DNA from: Nymphaea colorata
Taxonomy: Eukaryota
DNA length: 64,000 bases
Reading direction: 5' to 3'
Assembly: GCF_008831285.2 (NCBI RefSeq)
Contig: NC_045138.2
Location: 2,976,001 to 3,040,000, forward strand
The translations under genes and the position numbers were made by a program. The first letter of the stretch is position 1; the number at the start of each line of letters is the position of its first letter. Below are positions 26,801 to 39,465 of the stretch, piece after piece. The notes under the pieces are model-generated. The model made no database searches and had not been told where the DNA came from. It saw only the letters and a list, made by a program, of their open reading frames with translations.

Positions 26801-29800
26801 CGTCATTGGACGGAACTTATTTGGTTCTTTATTAAGAAAAATGTGCTTATCTGAAATTCTGGATGAAAGGAGGGTTCTGGTCTTTAAGAATCACGATTCA
26901 AAACAACAGAATTCTGTTGCTGATTGTCCATAGTTGCACAAATAAATTCTCCTTTGGCTACTCTGGTTTAAGTGTACAGTGTACTAATTGTTGCAGTTCC
27001 ATTGCCTTGATTACCAAAAGGCAGGCCCATTTGTCTTCTCAAGTACTGCTTTTAGCATACTTGTATGTCAACGCTTATCATCCTCTGCAGTATTTTCAAG
27101 GTTTTTGTGTGTGTGTGTGTGCGTGTTTTGTGGAGTGGAAGGAGAAATAGTAGCTTCAGGGGTCGGGCATGGTATTGTTTTGAGGTGGGCCAAGAGGGGT
27201 TTATGTATGTATGGCTCTTTATTTTGACCACATTTTCTCCATTTTCTAGTGGAGAAGAGGCCTGAAGCTTGATGGTGAAAGTGCAGTTGAAAAGATTACC
27301 TTGGATGGTGTTCGTGGCTTGCGTATGACATTAAGTGCAACAGTCCATGATGTCCTGTACTACATGAGCCCCATCTACTGTCAAGCCATCATAAACTCGG
27401 TATGCTATTATTATTTAGTTGCTTTTGTTCCCTGTTTACAGTTACATATATTCTTCTTCAGACTTGAAAGGAGATGAGAGGGGAGAACTTGATGTGCATG
27501 TGAAATGTTTGATGTTTTTGATTTGCTTTCAATGAAATGTGACATGTACTGGAGAATCATATGTGTATGTTAACACTAAGGATTGGTTGTATCTGTGTTT
27601 TTGTGCGTGTTTTTCTTTCTTATTCTTGTTTGAATACTTTATGTTTTCAGGTATCCAACCAGTTGAATAAGTTATATACAAAATTCATCAAAAGGAATCC
27701 AGGCTATAGTGGGAAGGTATTCCATTGTAGGGCCTCTTGCATTTAGCCATTTCTTAGTCTGGAGTGCAGAAGTCTTGTTTAGCTTCTGCCCTTTTTTGGT
27801 TCGCATCATGGAGTGTCTCTTTTTCCTTATTTCAGGTTTTTCTAGGCCATCAAAATTAATCCATTGTACAATGCTGTGGTTCCAGGTTTCGATTTATGGT
27901 CACTCTCTGGGGAGTGTTCTGTCGTATGATATTCTTTGTCATCAAAAGGTCTTGTATTCTCCATTTCCTATGGATAAGATCTGCAAGGAATATGGCTTAA
28001 GTGGTGATGCTGTATTGCATACAACAATCAGTTCTTCAGAGTCCAGTTCTGGAGCCTGTCCAATTGATCCTTTTGTTGCCAAAACTGAAGCACCAGAACA
28101 GGCGGTGAACTTGAAGGAGAGCAACTGTCCTAACTCGCACCTAGAACCAGATCCTTCAGAAATTTCTGAAACTCTAAATTCAGTGGAAGAGCCTTATGTG
28201 GTTCGACTGAATGAAATGTCAGCATCAGATGGAAAAGGCCTTCAGATGAATGATGGCTTAGAGAGCATATGTGAACAGTCCAGGGTATCAGACTCAGAAC
28301 TGTACAGAGGAAGTGAATCTCATTGTGAAGTCATGAAAGATGATGTTTTGCCAAGTGTGGATGATAAGGATAAACTGATCAAATCGCTGGCTGAGGAGGT
28401 ACGAGTTATCTCTCTGAAAAATATCCTCTTCTATTAGCAGCCCTTGAAACAATTAGGTTGGTCTGGCTGTCACTGTTCATATCTGTACATCATTAGCTGG
28501 CATGTTCATGTATTCTCTCTTAGTGACCTCAACTTTCAATCTGTTTTCTCTTCATTATTTGTATAGAGGTTCTTTATTCATCATGGGGTTATTTTGCGAA
28601 CTCATTGATGCACATGTCTATATCAAAGGCACTATTCCACAGTTCACCCGAGTAATAATTTTCTACTGTACAGAATCTTGTAGAAGAAAATTTGGAGTTT
28701 TCATTCTTTTTTCTGATATTTAATGAGAAACACAGTATCTGTATGCTGATGCAGGTAAATTTCCTCAAGGAAAAGATAAAGGATCTCACTTCACAGAAAA
28801 ATTGCTCGTCAGTTCCAGTTATAAATGCAGAAGTTAGTGGTAACTATGGCAAAAACATATTGACTTTTCATTTGTTATGTTGGGTTGTTTGGCCAGGCAA
28901 TCTTGCAACTCATGTCTTCCAAAATTTTGTTGGTGTTATGGTCTTTCTTTGGTGGTGATCACCTTTTCAGTTTTACTATAGGTAGCTGTGGGTCTGTGAT
29001 AAGTATGCTCATTAAGTGGACTATGACTATGTGATATGGCAGGCAGAGCTGCATCAGAAGTACCTTTGGCAAGGTGTGATTCTTTAGATCAAGAGAATTC
29101 CCAGAGAAGTTACACTCCTCAAATCAAATATACAAAGCTTGGCTTTGCGGTAAATACCTTGACTATTTCATTTTTTTCTCCAGTCTCTGTCTGATGTAAA
29201 CTTGTACCTTAGTTGCCTTTCTTTCCCATGTGGATACGTGTCTATCATTTAGCATATGTTACTGATTTTTGTTATTTGAGACCTGTTCTTGTGCATTGTC
29301 CAACTGTTATAGTGATTGTCCACACTTTCGACTGAAACTGATCCAGTTATCTCTTTCAAGGGTCATTATATTTTGCCATTTGTATCATATCCATGTATGC
29401 ATATCGTTTAAAGTCTAATCTGATAGGTAGATCTTCACGTTCACAAGTGAAGTTTCTAAGAAATATTGACAATTCTCCAAGTACATGGAAAAATTCGTCA
29501 GGAGTTTGAGATACCACTGCCTTTTAGGACATGAGTATACTGCTGGAATCACATAAAACATCTATGTTATGAATAGTGTTAACAAGAAATTCAGAAAACT
29601 AACTCTGGAAAAGCTATGGATTCTGCCTATTAAAGTTGGTCATCCCCTGCACTCCTTGAATGCACAAAGTTATGGTTTTAAATTTTTAATCATTGTCAAA
29701 GTGAAGAGTGTGTGTGTGACTGTGTCTCAATATTTTCAAAAGATTATCTTTAGTATATTTTAATTTTTGGTGTTTCTTTTAACTTTTTAATAACTATTGT

Positions 29801-32800
29801 CAATTTTTAAAGTTGTCATAAGAAAAGTAGTAGGAAACTTGTAATTTCACCGAAGTTTTTGTTATCCGGTATATATTTCTTAAGTTTTTTGAATTCCTGA
29901 GATTTTCCTGAGAAAACGACTTTCTGATTCTTGAGAAGAACCTCGTTGATCAAACCCGATAACAATATTTGTATCCATAATTTATATGTGTATACATGTT
30001 ATGTATTATGTATAATTGCATAAGCATGTCCAGTTTTGGAATGATACAAGGCCTTCCCAAGCCTGGGTCCGAATTCTATTGTTACATCTTGAGGTTTTGA
30101 CATGGGTTCTGTTGCTTTAGCTGTGGATTGTATGAAAGGTCTTTCGAGATAGGAGGTCTGCTTTATCTACTTATAAATGAAAAAAGGAACTTGGATTTGG
30201 TAAAAGTGAAAATACTAAGTAGTTATTAATCATTTTGGCACAAGGGGCAACTGTCATCATGTTAAATTCTTTATAATCCATTAACTACAGAATTTGTTTA
30301 AATAATGAACCCTTTTTCTTTCAGGTTGACACATTTTTTGCTGTTGGCTCACCGCTTGGTGTATTTCTTGCTCTCCGCAATATACGAATCGGGATTGGTA
30401 ATGAATGTTCTTGTTTATGTACCTTGTTCATGTCTTCCTGTGAACATAGTGCTTCTGCATTTTATTTATGTACTCAGACAAAAATGTGCTATTCTCTGAT
30501 GGACAAGTATCCAATCATCCTTGATTGAATGAAGGTGCTGACGGTCTGGTCTTATTGCCCTTTTATGTCTCCTAAATATCCTGTCTACGTTAAACAGGTG
30601 AAGGAAAGGACTATTGGCAAGGCGAAGGAACAAGTGAAGAGATGCCAGCTTGCAGGAGAATGTTCAATATTTTCCATCCCTTTGATCCTGTTGCATATAG
30701 GTTTGTTCTTTGAGGTTCCTCTTGAAGGTCCTTTGAGCTTTCTCAATTGTCCAACTTCTTGCCTTCTGGACTACATCCTGAAGGTGTCTGTTTTGCGAAT
30801 GTTTTTTACCATATGCTGGTTTTAGAAAACGCAATCTGTTCGTCTGCCCTACAAAGTCAACTGTTTAGCTATTTCTAGGTGAGCTGCTTTAAACAAGGAC
30901 ATGTTATATGATTTTGGAATGGTGTTTCATACAGAATAGAACCACTTATATGTAAAGAATACATCAACAAAAGACCTGTAATTGTACCTTATCACAAAGG
31001 TGGCAAGAGGTTGCACATTGGGTTTCAGGTAATCTCTTGTTATTGATTGCTACTTTTTTTTTCATATTTTTTGTTGATTTTTCCCATTCTTCTCTTTTGA
31101 GTTGATATTTTACTGTTTTGGATTGCTCTGTGGCTTCCTAACAAATTAATTTCTTGGCAGGAATTTACTGAAGATTTGGCTTCGCGTTCTCAGGCTGTTC
31201 TTCGCCGTATTAATTCAATGAGAGTGCGTTGTCCTATATCTGGAACTTAACAGTAACTTTTTTTTCCCCCCAAATACTGTGCCTAGAAAAAAACCTTTCC
31301 TTCTTCACGAAGGTAAAGGATTCATTGCTAAGTGCAGTATTCTTGTGCTTATTTGTACTTTATAGTTTACTGTCCTACTAGACTACAGCTATGCCTTGGG
31401 TTGCTATAAATTTACATGTTCACTAGAAGGAGGTGAGACTACTGATAGGTTAAAGGAAATCCTACCACTCAGTTCTTCATGGCTGTTCCATCCTCAGCAC
31501 TAAATGAACCTCAAGGTGTTGGGGCTCCTGCATCAAAATTTTATATGCTTGTTTTAATAGGACAATCTTAAAAATGTTTTATGTCAAATTAACAAGCATT
31601 GGATCCATGTGGTGCCATATTAATCTAGATTTCATATGCACTTTAGCAATTAAAAAAAATTCTGCAGGTAGCCAGAAAAGTATGATATTTATTGCCAATA
31701 ATAAATATGAATTTCTTGCCAGATTTCTTTTTTTTGGGTTTAGCACCAGCTGATGACTGAATTTTGCTGAGTTATACAGGTCCTTGAAGATTGTTATCTG
31801 CTTGTACATGCCTTAGCTTATTCTGAATAGGAGAGCATTAACCGAGTAAATAACACATGAAGGAGATCATGATTGAGAATTGCTTTCATGAGAAGCTGAG
31901 TCTAGGTTTGGGATTCATGCAACTGCAAACTAGGTGCCTTAGGTGCAGAGCACTGATGCATATTATCCCTTAAGGTCGTTATGAATAATCTGTGTCACGT
32001 ATTTGCTATGTCAAAATGAGGCGGTTGGGATTATGTAATTTAAGAAAAAGCTGAAGATAATTTGCTGGCTCATACTTTTACATGAGTTTATGATAATGTG
32101 GATGAAAGAATATGCCCGTTAATGCTATTTGCTCGATTCTGGTAGGTGTTCATTGAATTGATTGGGGTTGCTATGAAAAATTAGGATTTTTGATGTTTGC
32201 CTGTCACTGTGAACTCTGGATATGCAGTTCTGAATAATGAATAATAGTTCTGCTGCCAACCTTTTTCTTATACTAGGTTACTGCTTATAACTTGTTTCCT
32301 TAAGTACAAGATGCTAAATGAACTCTCTCTCTCTCTCTCTCTCATATTTTTCTCTTCCATTTGTTAGTTTTCTGCTAGCACTGATGAACTTTTGGAATCC
32401 TTTGAACAGATTGGTATGGTGAATTTGTTTCAATATAAAAGAAAAATAGAAGGTATGGAGAGTTCATATTCAGTTTTTTTCCTTGAACGTACATTGTACA
32501 GTCTTTCTCCTGTGTCACTCACTTCAAGTATGGGCACCATACAGATTCCACAGAAAATATTGAAGATGCAAAAGAAAGGACATATGGTTCTAAAATGATG
32601 GAGAGATTGACTGGGAGCGAAGAAGGCCGAATTGATCACATGCTACAGGTGAATACTTCATGCATGAATTAATGCTTTTGCATATGACTACGACATTACA
32701 GTATCCCCTATTTATGATCATCACATGACTCTATCTGGTTGCATGTACATGCTATGTAATTTGAACTTTGACAGATGGACTGCATATACATGCTAATTAA

Positions 32801-35631
32801 AATCTGTTTGCAGAATTGCTTCTTAATTGGTATAGTAAGTATACCATCGAGGGATCTGGACATGGTTAAAACTGCCAACTGATGTCAAACTCTAATTGAG
32901 GTTGCTGGGTGTAATGAATGGCCAGAGCTCTTTCTGGGTGGCAGATCTCAGTCGATCTACTCATATTGTGGGGCTGGATGCTTATTTACCAGAAGTGTTC
33001 ACTGTTCTGTCCACCATAGGTGCCTTCAAATTTGTTCATTTGTCTGTCCACTATAGGTGTCTTCTAATTTGTTGATTATGACTACAGAAAACATGAGTGC
33101 TATTTCAGTTGTCTGTTGATTGAGTGGTCATAATTATTCACGAGTATGGACCCACAGCCAGTCTTACTAGCTTTTCAAACCTAGGTTGCTAGCTTGACTA
33201 CATATGATCAGATAGATTAAACACTATGATGAAAGGGATGAATTCTACCTGTTCATACAAGCCCATTGACCACACCGCTCAATCAATTTCTTGCTGGTCC
33301 TTTGACAGACACTTGACCCAACCTCTGTCTAGCAAGTCCTTTTGTGCTGTGCGGCTCTGAATTTCCCCAGCTCTGGGCCGAGCACCGGCACGACACCTTG
33401 CAACAACCAAATGCAGATTAATCATCCAGTGAATGACCTTGTGCATATGCAACATCATGAAGTACAAGCTTCCTGTTTGGTGCCATATCAACATTAGTCC
33501 AAACAAGGAAGGCATATGGTCTGTTATGTTGCACATGCAACACTCAGTGGCTTGTTCTCAATTTGCAAGGACCCGTCAAGCTTAGGCCTGTTAATTTTTT
33601 CAGCCACATGGATGATTCGGCAGCCTAGAATTGAAAATTCTTGTCAGAATTGACCTAATAAAATTATAAAAGAAAGACATGAAAAACCTTTCCGACCTCT
33701 TCTACATATGGGACGTCATAATACCTAATCTGTCTATTGATTAAGATCAGATGCCCGTTCATGTGAATACCAATCTGAGATTGTTTCCATTTGCTAGGAT
33801 TATAACTATATCAAAACAATGATCCTCAACATTCATCTCTTAATATCCTAACTAGACAATATATTGTCTCTTTTTCATTTTCTACACCATCTTATTGTTT
33901 TGTTACAGTAAATGTTCTAAACAAACTCTTTGGTTACGGGGTGATTTTTTTATAATTTGAATTGTTGCAAGTGTGGCAGTTCCCTTTGAGTATATTAAAC
34001 AAAATTATGGTACGTTCTAAAGAAAGGTTTCTTTTTTATTGTGCAAGTAAAATTTAGACCTCATTGGCAAGGACTTCTCCATGAGTTTCGATATCTATCA
34101 GTATTCACATTTTTGATAAGTTCCCCGTTAAATGGCATGATGATTTTTTTTTTCCATTGCCTAGGCTTATCTTTATTTATCTTCTTCAACTTACTTTTCT
34201 ATCTGCAGGATGCAACATTTCAGCACCCTTATATATCAGCACTTGGATCGCATACGTGAGTACTAAATCCTTTTCATATTAAGCGGCATAAATGGGTCAG
34301 ATCTTGGCCCAGGTTTCAGCAATTTTAGATCTAAAATTTACTGTTGGAGTTATCTAGCGTTGGTCATACTTTGTTTGAAGGGAGTAGCACAACTGGGGAA
34401 CATTTTTTCTAGTAGCCAGCTGGTCTTGGGCTCAAACATTGTTCTGGCCTCTTGTGCGCAGGCTGGCAGAGCCTTGCCACACTTGGGTGGGTAAAGATTC
34501 TTAGGGTTCAAAGGGCTCAGTTGGCAGCACGGACACTGTGAGTGTCCCATGAATCTGCCCTAGAGATTGGTGACTTTAAGAACGGCAATTTAAGCTACCG
34601 TTGCTAGATCTCGCGCCCAAAAGTCACTTTTCCAGAAATTTGAGGAGATGCATAGTTGATGAAAATGAGAATCAAGCACAACACTGGAAGATTCACATTC
34701 ATATAATTGGTCTGTATACTAAAGAAAGTTACTAGATCTATCTCTTCAGTTGATCTGGTTTACCATCGTTATCTACATGGAACTATCTGGCCTTAGTGTT
34801 TGACGTCTTTTCAGATTTTGATCCCAAAGATCCATTAACATGTAATATTAGTAATCCACTTGATTGCTCCATGTAGATGTGCCCCTAGATATATGAAGGG
34901 ATTCATGTGTGATTTTTTTGCATGTTGAGGTGGATGCGCACCCCAAAATTTTTTAGTAGGTTCAACTTTTTTCCATCATGTTGCCTAGACGAGAATGTCT
35001 CATTGCTTAGGAAAGAGTATCAATACTTATAGTGATGCCTCAGTTGTGCAATTCTCTAGTTGCATTTTAAGATGTTCTCTCTTCAGTTCCTCATTCAAAG
35101 TAGCAAGTTGGTGCATCAACCATATTTACAGTCAATGTTGCATGGTTCCAATTGATGCATTTACCATTAGCGTATGTTGGTACTTGCTAGTTGGACATCT
35201 TGACATAATTAGATAAATGCCCGACAGTCATTATGCCAAATTTTGACCTTCCATTATAAGTACATATACCAAAAATTTGACTGGTGGATGCGCAAGTTCC
35301 ATGACTGCTTGAGCTATTCAACTGGGTATACCTACTCTATTATCATATATAAACAAAATATTTACAACAATCACTAGTCTTCCATACATGATGCAGGTCT
35401 TACTGGCGCGATCTTGACACAGCCCTTTTTGTGCTAAAACACCTATATAGCTATCTACCAGAGGACTCCACCACTGCAGAGCGGTCAAATATGCAGGACA
35501 ATGCATCCAAAACTGCTGGACAGTTTTATGAAACTGATGACATCGATCAAGAAGATCTTCCTCTAACCTTCTCTGACAGAGAATTGCTCAGGTCCTTCTC
35601 AAGGAAAGCAAGAAAATTTATGTCTGCCTGA
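17853..35631 (+). CDS. SGR2: Phospholipase SGR2-like (PA-preferring phospholipase A1, DDHD domain)
   Basis: Exons 17853-18129, 19682-19782, 20571-20765, 21447-21603, 23799-23870, 23950-24102, 24711-24761, 25987-26157, 27250-27399, 27651-27716, 27886-28398, 28755-28839, 29043-29149, 30325-30397, 30598-30700, 30935-31028, 31161-31223, 32502-32648 (5' end uncertain), 34209-34255, 35397-35631. Motifs: LKNTPSNIAKLED, DVRWYFCK, HLVFMVHGIGQ, lipase GHSLG, FFAVGSPLGVF, NIFHPFDPVAYRIEP, RIDHMLQ, SHT.YW..DTALF. Confidence 0.93.
23645..23699. repeat. Compound (CA)n(TA)n(GA)n microsatellite
   Basis: Directly visible. Confidence 0.85.
34377..34470 (+). mobile_element. Possible degenerate tRNA-derived SINE head in SGR2 last intron
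   Basis: GAAGGGAG start, A-box-like TAGCACAACTGG and B-box-like GGGCTCAAAC at tRNA-like spacing. No TSD or tail identified. Confidence 0.35.
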
Positions 35632-37067
35632 GAAACCTCTCCTTGTACATCTCCTGTGGCGAATTGTTTCCATCTCATACTTGTATGCGTGTTTATATTG
35701 CAATCTTTATATTGCAATCATCAATGCTGTATTGTGCTTTGAGGCTGAATAACATAGCCTGCACGGATTGTATATATGAAACCATTTTCAGGTCAATCAA
35801 GTAAAGAAATTGCCTGGCTGTTTGCTGTTACATCCGACCTTCTGGAGTTCAACTGGACCGAGATTTCCACTGCTTCTCTGTTTGTGCTCTCTCTCCTCTC
35901 AACATGCCTAAATTTTCGTGCTACCTAAAAGAACAATTAGAAGTAAATTAAAGTGATAAAATAAATATCATTGGCAGGAAGCTGCATATCGGCCGTTGAT
36001 ACAGACCTACAGGGTAACAAAAACACTGACTGCAAGAGCAGCTAAAAATTTAATTGGCCGTCCTTTGGCAGACGTTATGTTGAACTAAAACATTCTTCAA
36101 ACTTTATAAAGAAATATATTAAGATCAAGCCTACTGTTGCCAAGGGTGTGTCATAATCATGATGCCAGTAACAGTAAGCCAATCAACATTTCTTTTCAAC
36201 ATTTTTCTACTCCTTACCTAATGAACAAGTTTTCCAACTATCCAGTCTCGGTTTGTTCAAAACAGAGTATAACACATCCCCAAATATTCTTCAAAAAATA
36301 AACAATCAGAAAGATCAAATGTTTATCAATAACGTTATTTGCATGGCTAAACAAGTTTATCGCGATACAACCTCTAATTTGACATGTACAAGAATATGAT
36401 TCAACACAACTATCACAAATTTGCTGGTCACCGATATATGATGTTCTCGATGAACACTGCAGCATGATGTTTACTTTTCTATCTCTGCAAGCAATATGCG
36501 ATATTCATCCCCACTATGATACTTTATGTTCAACCGTGGGATCAGACTTGTTTCATGTCCAATAATCCTGACACCAAGCAGATACATCTAAATGGCGGAT
36601 ATCAAGCAATGAGGATGTCCTTGTAGCACCTATTTGATCAAGAAAATGTTGATGCTGTGTAACATGTAAAGACTTTATCTCAATGTACCCGGTTTTCAAA
36701 TTTGGCATTTAGAGATGACCCATGATATGAATTAACTTTTCTGCATATGTTGAAGAAGACGGGAAGGAAGGGGTGGCACCAACATAAAGGAAGGCTCCAT
36801 GGCCCAGTAGCTGTGAGATTGAAAGTTGTCACGATAGAAATTTGTCGGCACCACCAGATCTCTCAAAATTCCTCTCCAGAATCTCCTTCATCATCATTTT
36901 TCGACCCACATCTATAGTTGAGCTTGTTGGACTGTGATGACAAATCAATCTGTCTTCTGGATTCTATCCTGTTCCACGCATCATTGCTCATTTAAAACGG
37001 AAGGAGCAGAAGTTGTTGATCTGCGCCAGTGACTCAGTAGGAAGAGCATGCTATAAGAGATTCTCGA

Positions 37068-38894
37068 TCACCAGTAATCGAGACATGAACACCTCCCCAA
37101 TTTGAAATGGTGAAACCTACTCCCATCCCTGATGATCAACTCTCTGTCAAACACCTCTGAGATCATCTTGATAACTTCATGGCAGTCCCAACAAACTCGC
37201 AGGTTCTTTATGATGCGAATCGGACATCCTGGGTCTATCACAATCAGTCCAAATGCCATGGCCAACCTCTCACTGTGCTCTGCTATAACATGCTCCTTCT
37301 CCTCATCCTCAATGTCATGTAAAACTGGCGATGTATTAGGCACGTAACCAGCACATTTTAACCTCCTTTGGATCTCATTCAACATCATGTGGATCTCACC
37401 AGACCTGGGATGTTCTCTATCTCCCATAACAAACCTGTGTACTCTACCATCAGCCTCTATCAAGCTCCAGCCAGGAACTTTCGTTGTAAGTCTATCTTTC
37501 ATCAACTCCCTTACTTGGAGGACATCACCCCATCGCTTCTCCCTAGCGTAGATGCCCGATAAAAGCACGTAGTTGCCATCATGGTAAGGTTGCAAGTTTA
37601 GAAGCATCTTCCCAATCCTTTCACCCAGGTCAGTGTTTCCATGAATCCTACATGCATTAAGAAGCATTCCCCAGATGACTGGATCTGGTGAACCAGGCAT
37701 TTCTTTGATCAGAGCTTCTGCTTCGTACACCATTCCGGCACGACCCAGAAGGTCTACCATGCACCCATAATGCTCCATTTCCGGTTCAATTCCATAGCCT
37801 TCTCTCATGGACTTGAAGCAGAGCCTTCCATCTTCAACCAAACCTGAGTGGCTGCATGCGCTCAACAGGCCCACAAACGTGATCTTATCTGGCTGAAGTC
37901 CTTGACCTAGGAAGCTGTTGAAAAGGTTTAGAGCGTCTCGGCCGTGGCCATGGATTGCTAGGCCGCAAATCATAGCGTTCCAAGCCGAGACGCCTCTGTG
38001 TATCGATGAAACAAACACTTGGTGTGCACGATCCACGCTGCCACACCTCATATACGTATCGATCAAAGCCGTGGCGAGGATGTTGCTTATTGGGATTCCA
38101 GAGGATTTGATGTAATCATGAATGCTCTGCCCCTTCTCCAGCATACCGAGCTGGGCGGTAGCCGATAACACCGTAACAACTAAGGCCTCATTTGCCGGAG
38201 CGCCACTCTCTCTCATCGAATCGAACACCATTAATCCTTCTTCCAGGAGGCCGTTTCGGACGTACCCAGATGCCAGAGTACTCCAAGAAACCTCATCCTT
38301 CCGAGGGATTCCATCAAACAATAGGCGAGCCTCATCGATTTGGCCGTCCTTAACATAAACCGCGAGCAAAGCGTTCCAAGAGACAACGTCCCGATGAGGA
38401 ATTCCATCAAACACTTGGCAAGCAGCGGCAGTCCTCCCGCAGCAGCCATAGAAATGGACCAGTGCATTGGCGACGAAAACGTCGGCTGCGAAGCCGAGCT
38501 TCAGCGCGTGCCCGTGGATCTGCTCGCCCTCCGGGAGAGCGGCAGCTCGGGCGCAGGACTTGAGAACGAAAGGGAAGGAGTAGTTGTTCGGGGCGGCGCC
38601 TAGGGAGGCGAACCGCGCGTAGAGGGCGATACCGTGGCGGGGTTCGCCGCGCTCGGCGAATCCCCGGATGATGGTGTTGCGGGCGAAGGCGCCGGCATAG
38701 GCGATGCGGTCGAAGACGGCGAGGGCGTAGTCCAGGGGAGAGGAGGGGGAGAGGGAGCAGGCGGCGAGGAGGGGACCGGCGGCCAAGCCGTCGCCGGCAA
38801 GGCCGGCGGCGACGAGCTGGGCGTGGACTTGCTTGATGTGAGGCAACGGCGACCGCGGGTGGAGGAGGAGAGAGAGAGGGTGGCGGGTGGGCAT
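37068..38894 (-). CDS. PLS-class pentatricopeptide repeat protein, E/E+/DYW type (organellar C-to-U RNA editing factor family)
   Basis: Intronless 608-aa ORF with PPR motifs (DVVSWNALL, SAWNAMICGLAIHG, EHYGCMVDLLGRAG), PG box (PGWSLIE), HSERLA, CWDCH and terminal CSCLDYW. Confidence 0.96.
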   Translation of the reverse strand: MPTRHPLSLLLHPRSPLPHIKQVHAQLVAAGLAGDGLAAGPLLAACSLSPSSPLDYALAVFDRIAYAGAFARNTIIRGFAERGEPRHGIALYARFASLGAAPNNYSFPFVLKSCARAAALPEGEQIHGHALKLGFAADVFVANALVHFYGCCGRTAAACQVFDGIPHRDVVSWNALLAVYVKDGQIDEARLLFDGIPRKDEVSWSTLASGYVRNGLLEEGLMVFDSMRESGAPANEALVVTVLSATAQLGMLEKGQSIHDYIKSSGIPISNILATALIDTYMRCGSVDRAHQVFVSSIHRGVSAWNAMICGLAIHGHGRDALNLFNSFLGQGLQPDKITFVGLLSACSHSGLVEDGRLCFKSMREGYGIEPEMEHYGCMVDLLGRAGMVYEAEALIKEMPGSPDPVIWGMLLNACRIHGNTDLGERIGKMLLNLQPYHDGNYVLLSGIYAREKRWGDVLQVRELMKDRLTTKVPGWSLIEADGRVHRFVMGDREHPRSGEIHMMLNEIQRRLKCAGYVPNTSPVLHDIEDEEKEHVIAEHSERLAMAFGLIVIDPGCPIRIIKNLRVCWDCHEVIKMISEVFDRELIIRDGSRFHHFKLGRCSCLDYW

Positions 38895-39039
38895 TGGACG
38901 CTTGGGTTCGGAGCACGCTGTCTAGGAGGATCCAGGGTTGTGCGGCGAGAGATCCATGAGAGTCTGAGACCATGGCCAACGTCTAATCTGAACTGGGATC
39001 CATCTTCATGGGTTTCTGTTACAAGCTTAGAGGTATGAT

Positions 39040-39465
39040 TTATTTGTGACGTCAATAAATTCAATTCCGATTCAGTATGTGACCATATCGAATCATATTT
39101 GTATTTGAGAAATGACATTTGCCTGAATTCGGATTTGAATCAGCGTTTAAATGAATATTTCACTGCATTGGATTCAGATTCTGTTTTAAATAAATATCTT
39201 ACATTCACGTCCATATATTTTAAAAATTGGTTTTCAATACAATTTCAGTGTGATTTGGATTTGAATCCAAATAATAGCAGAGTAGAAATTTTTAATTGAG
39301 AAGCACTTTAAGTTTAAATTTTGAACTTTAAAAAATACTTATATAAAAAAAAAAACTAAGAGTAAAATAAAATTTGTAAGCTGATGTGAGCAATTTTCCC
39401 ATACCATTAACCATATAGCTCAACCACCGAATCCAAATATGTTGGATTTGAATCCGATCTATTAC
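39040..39465. mobile_element. MITE remnant, same GATTCGGATT-rich family as 4527-4961
   Basis: Repeated GATTCAGATT / AATCCGATC / GGATTTGAATCC motifs; ends not cleanly defined. Confidence 0.5.

Noticed and set aside
38340..39118. Several overlapping ORFs at the PPR 5' end as independent genes
   Set aside because: High GC suppresses stop codons; kept only as possible uORF context.
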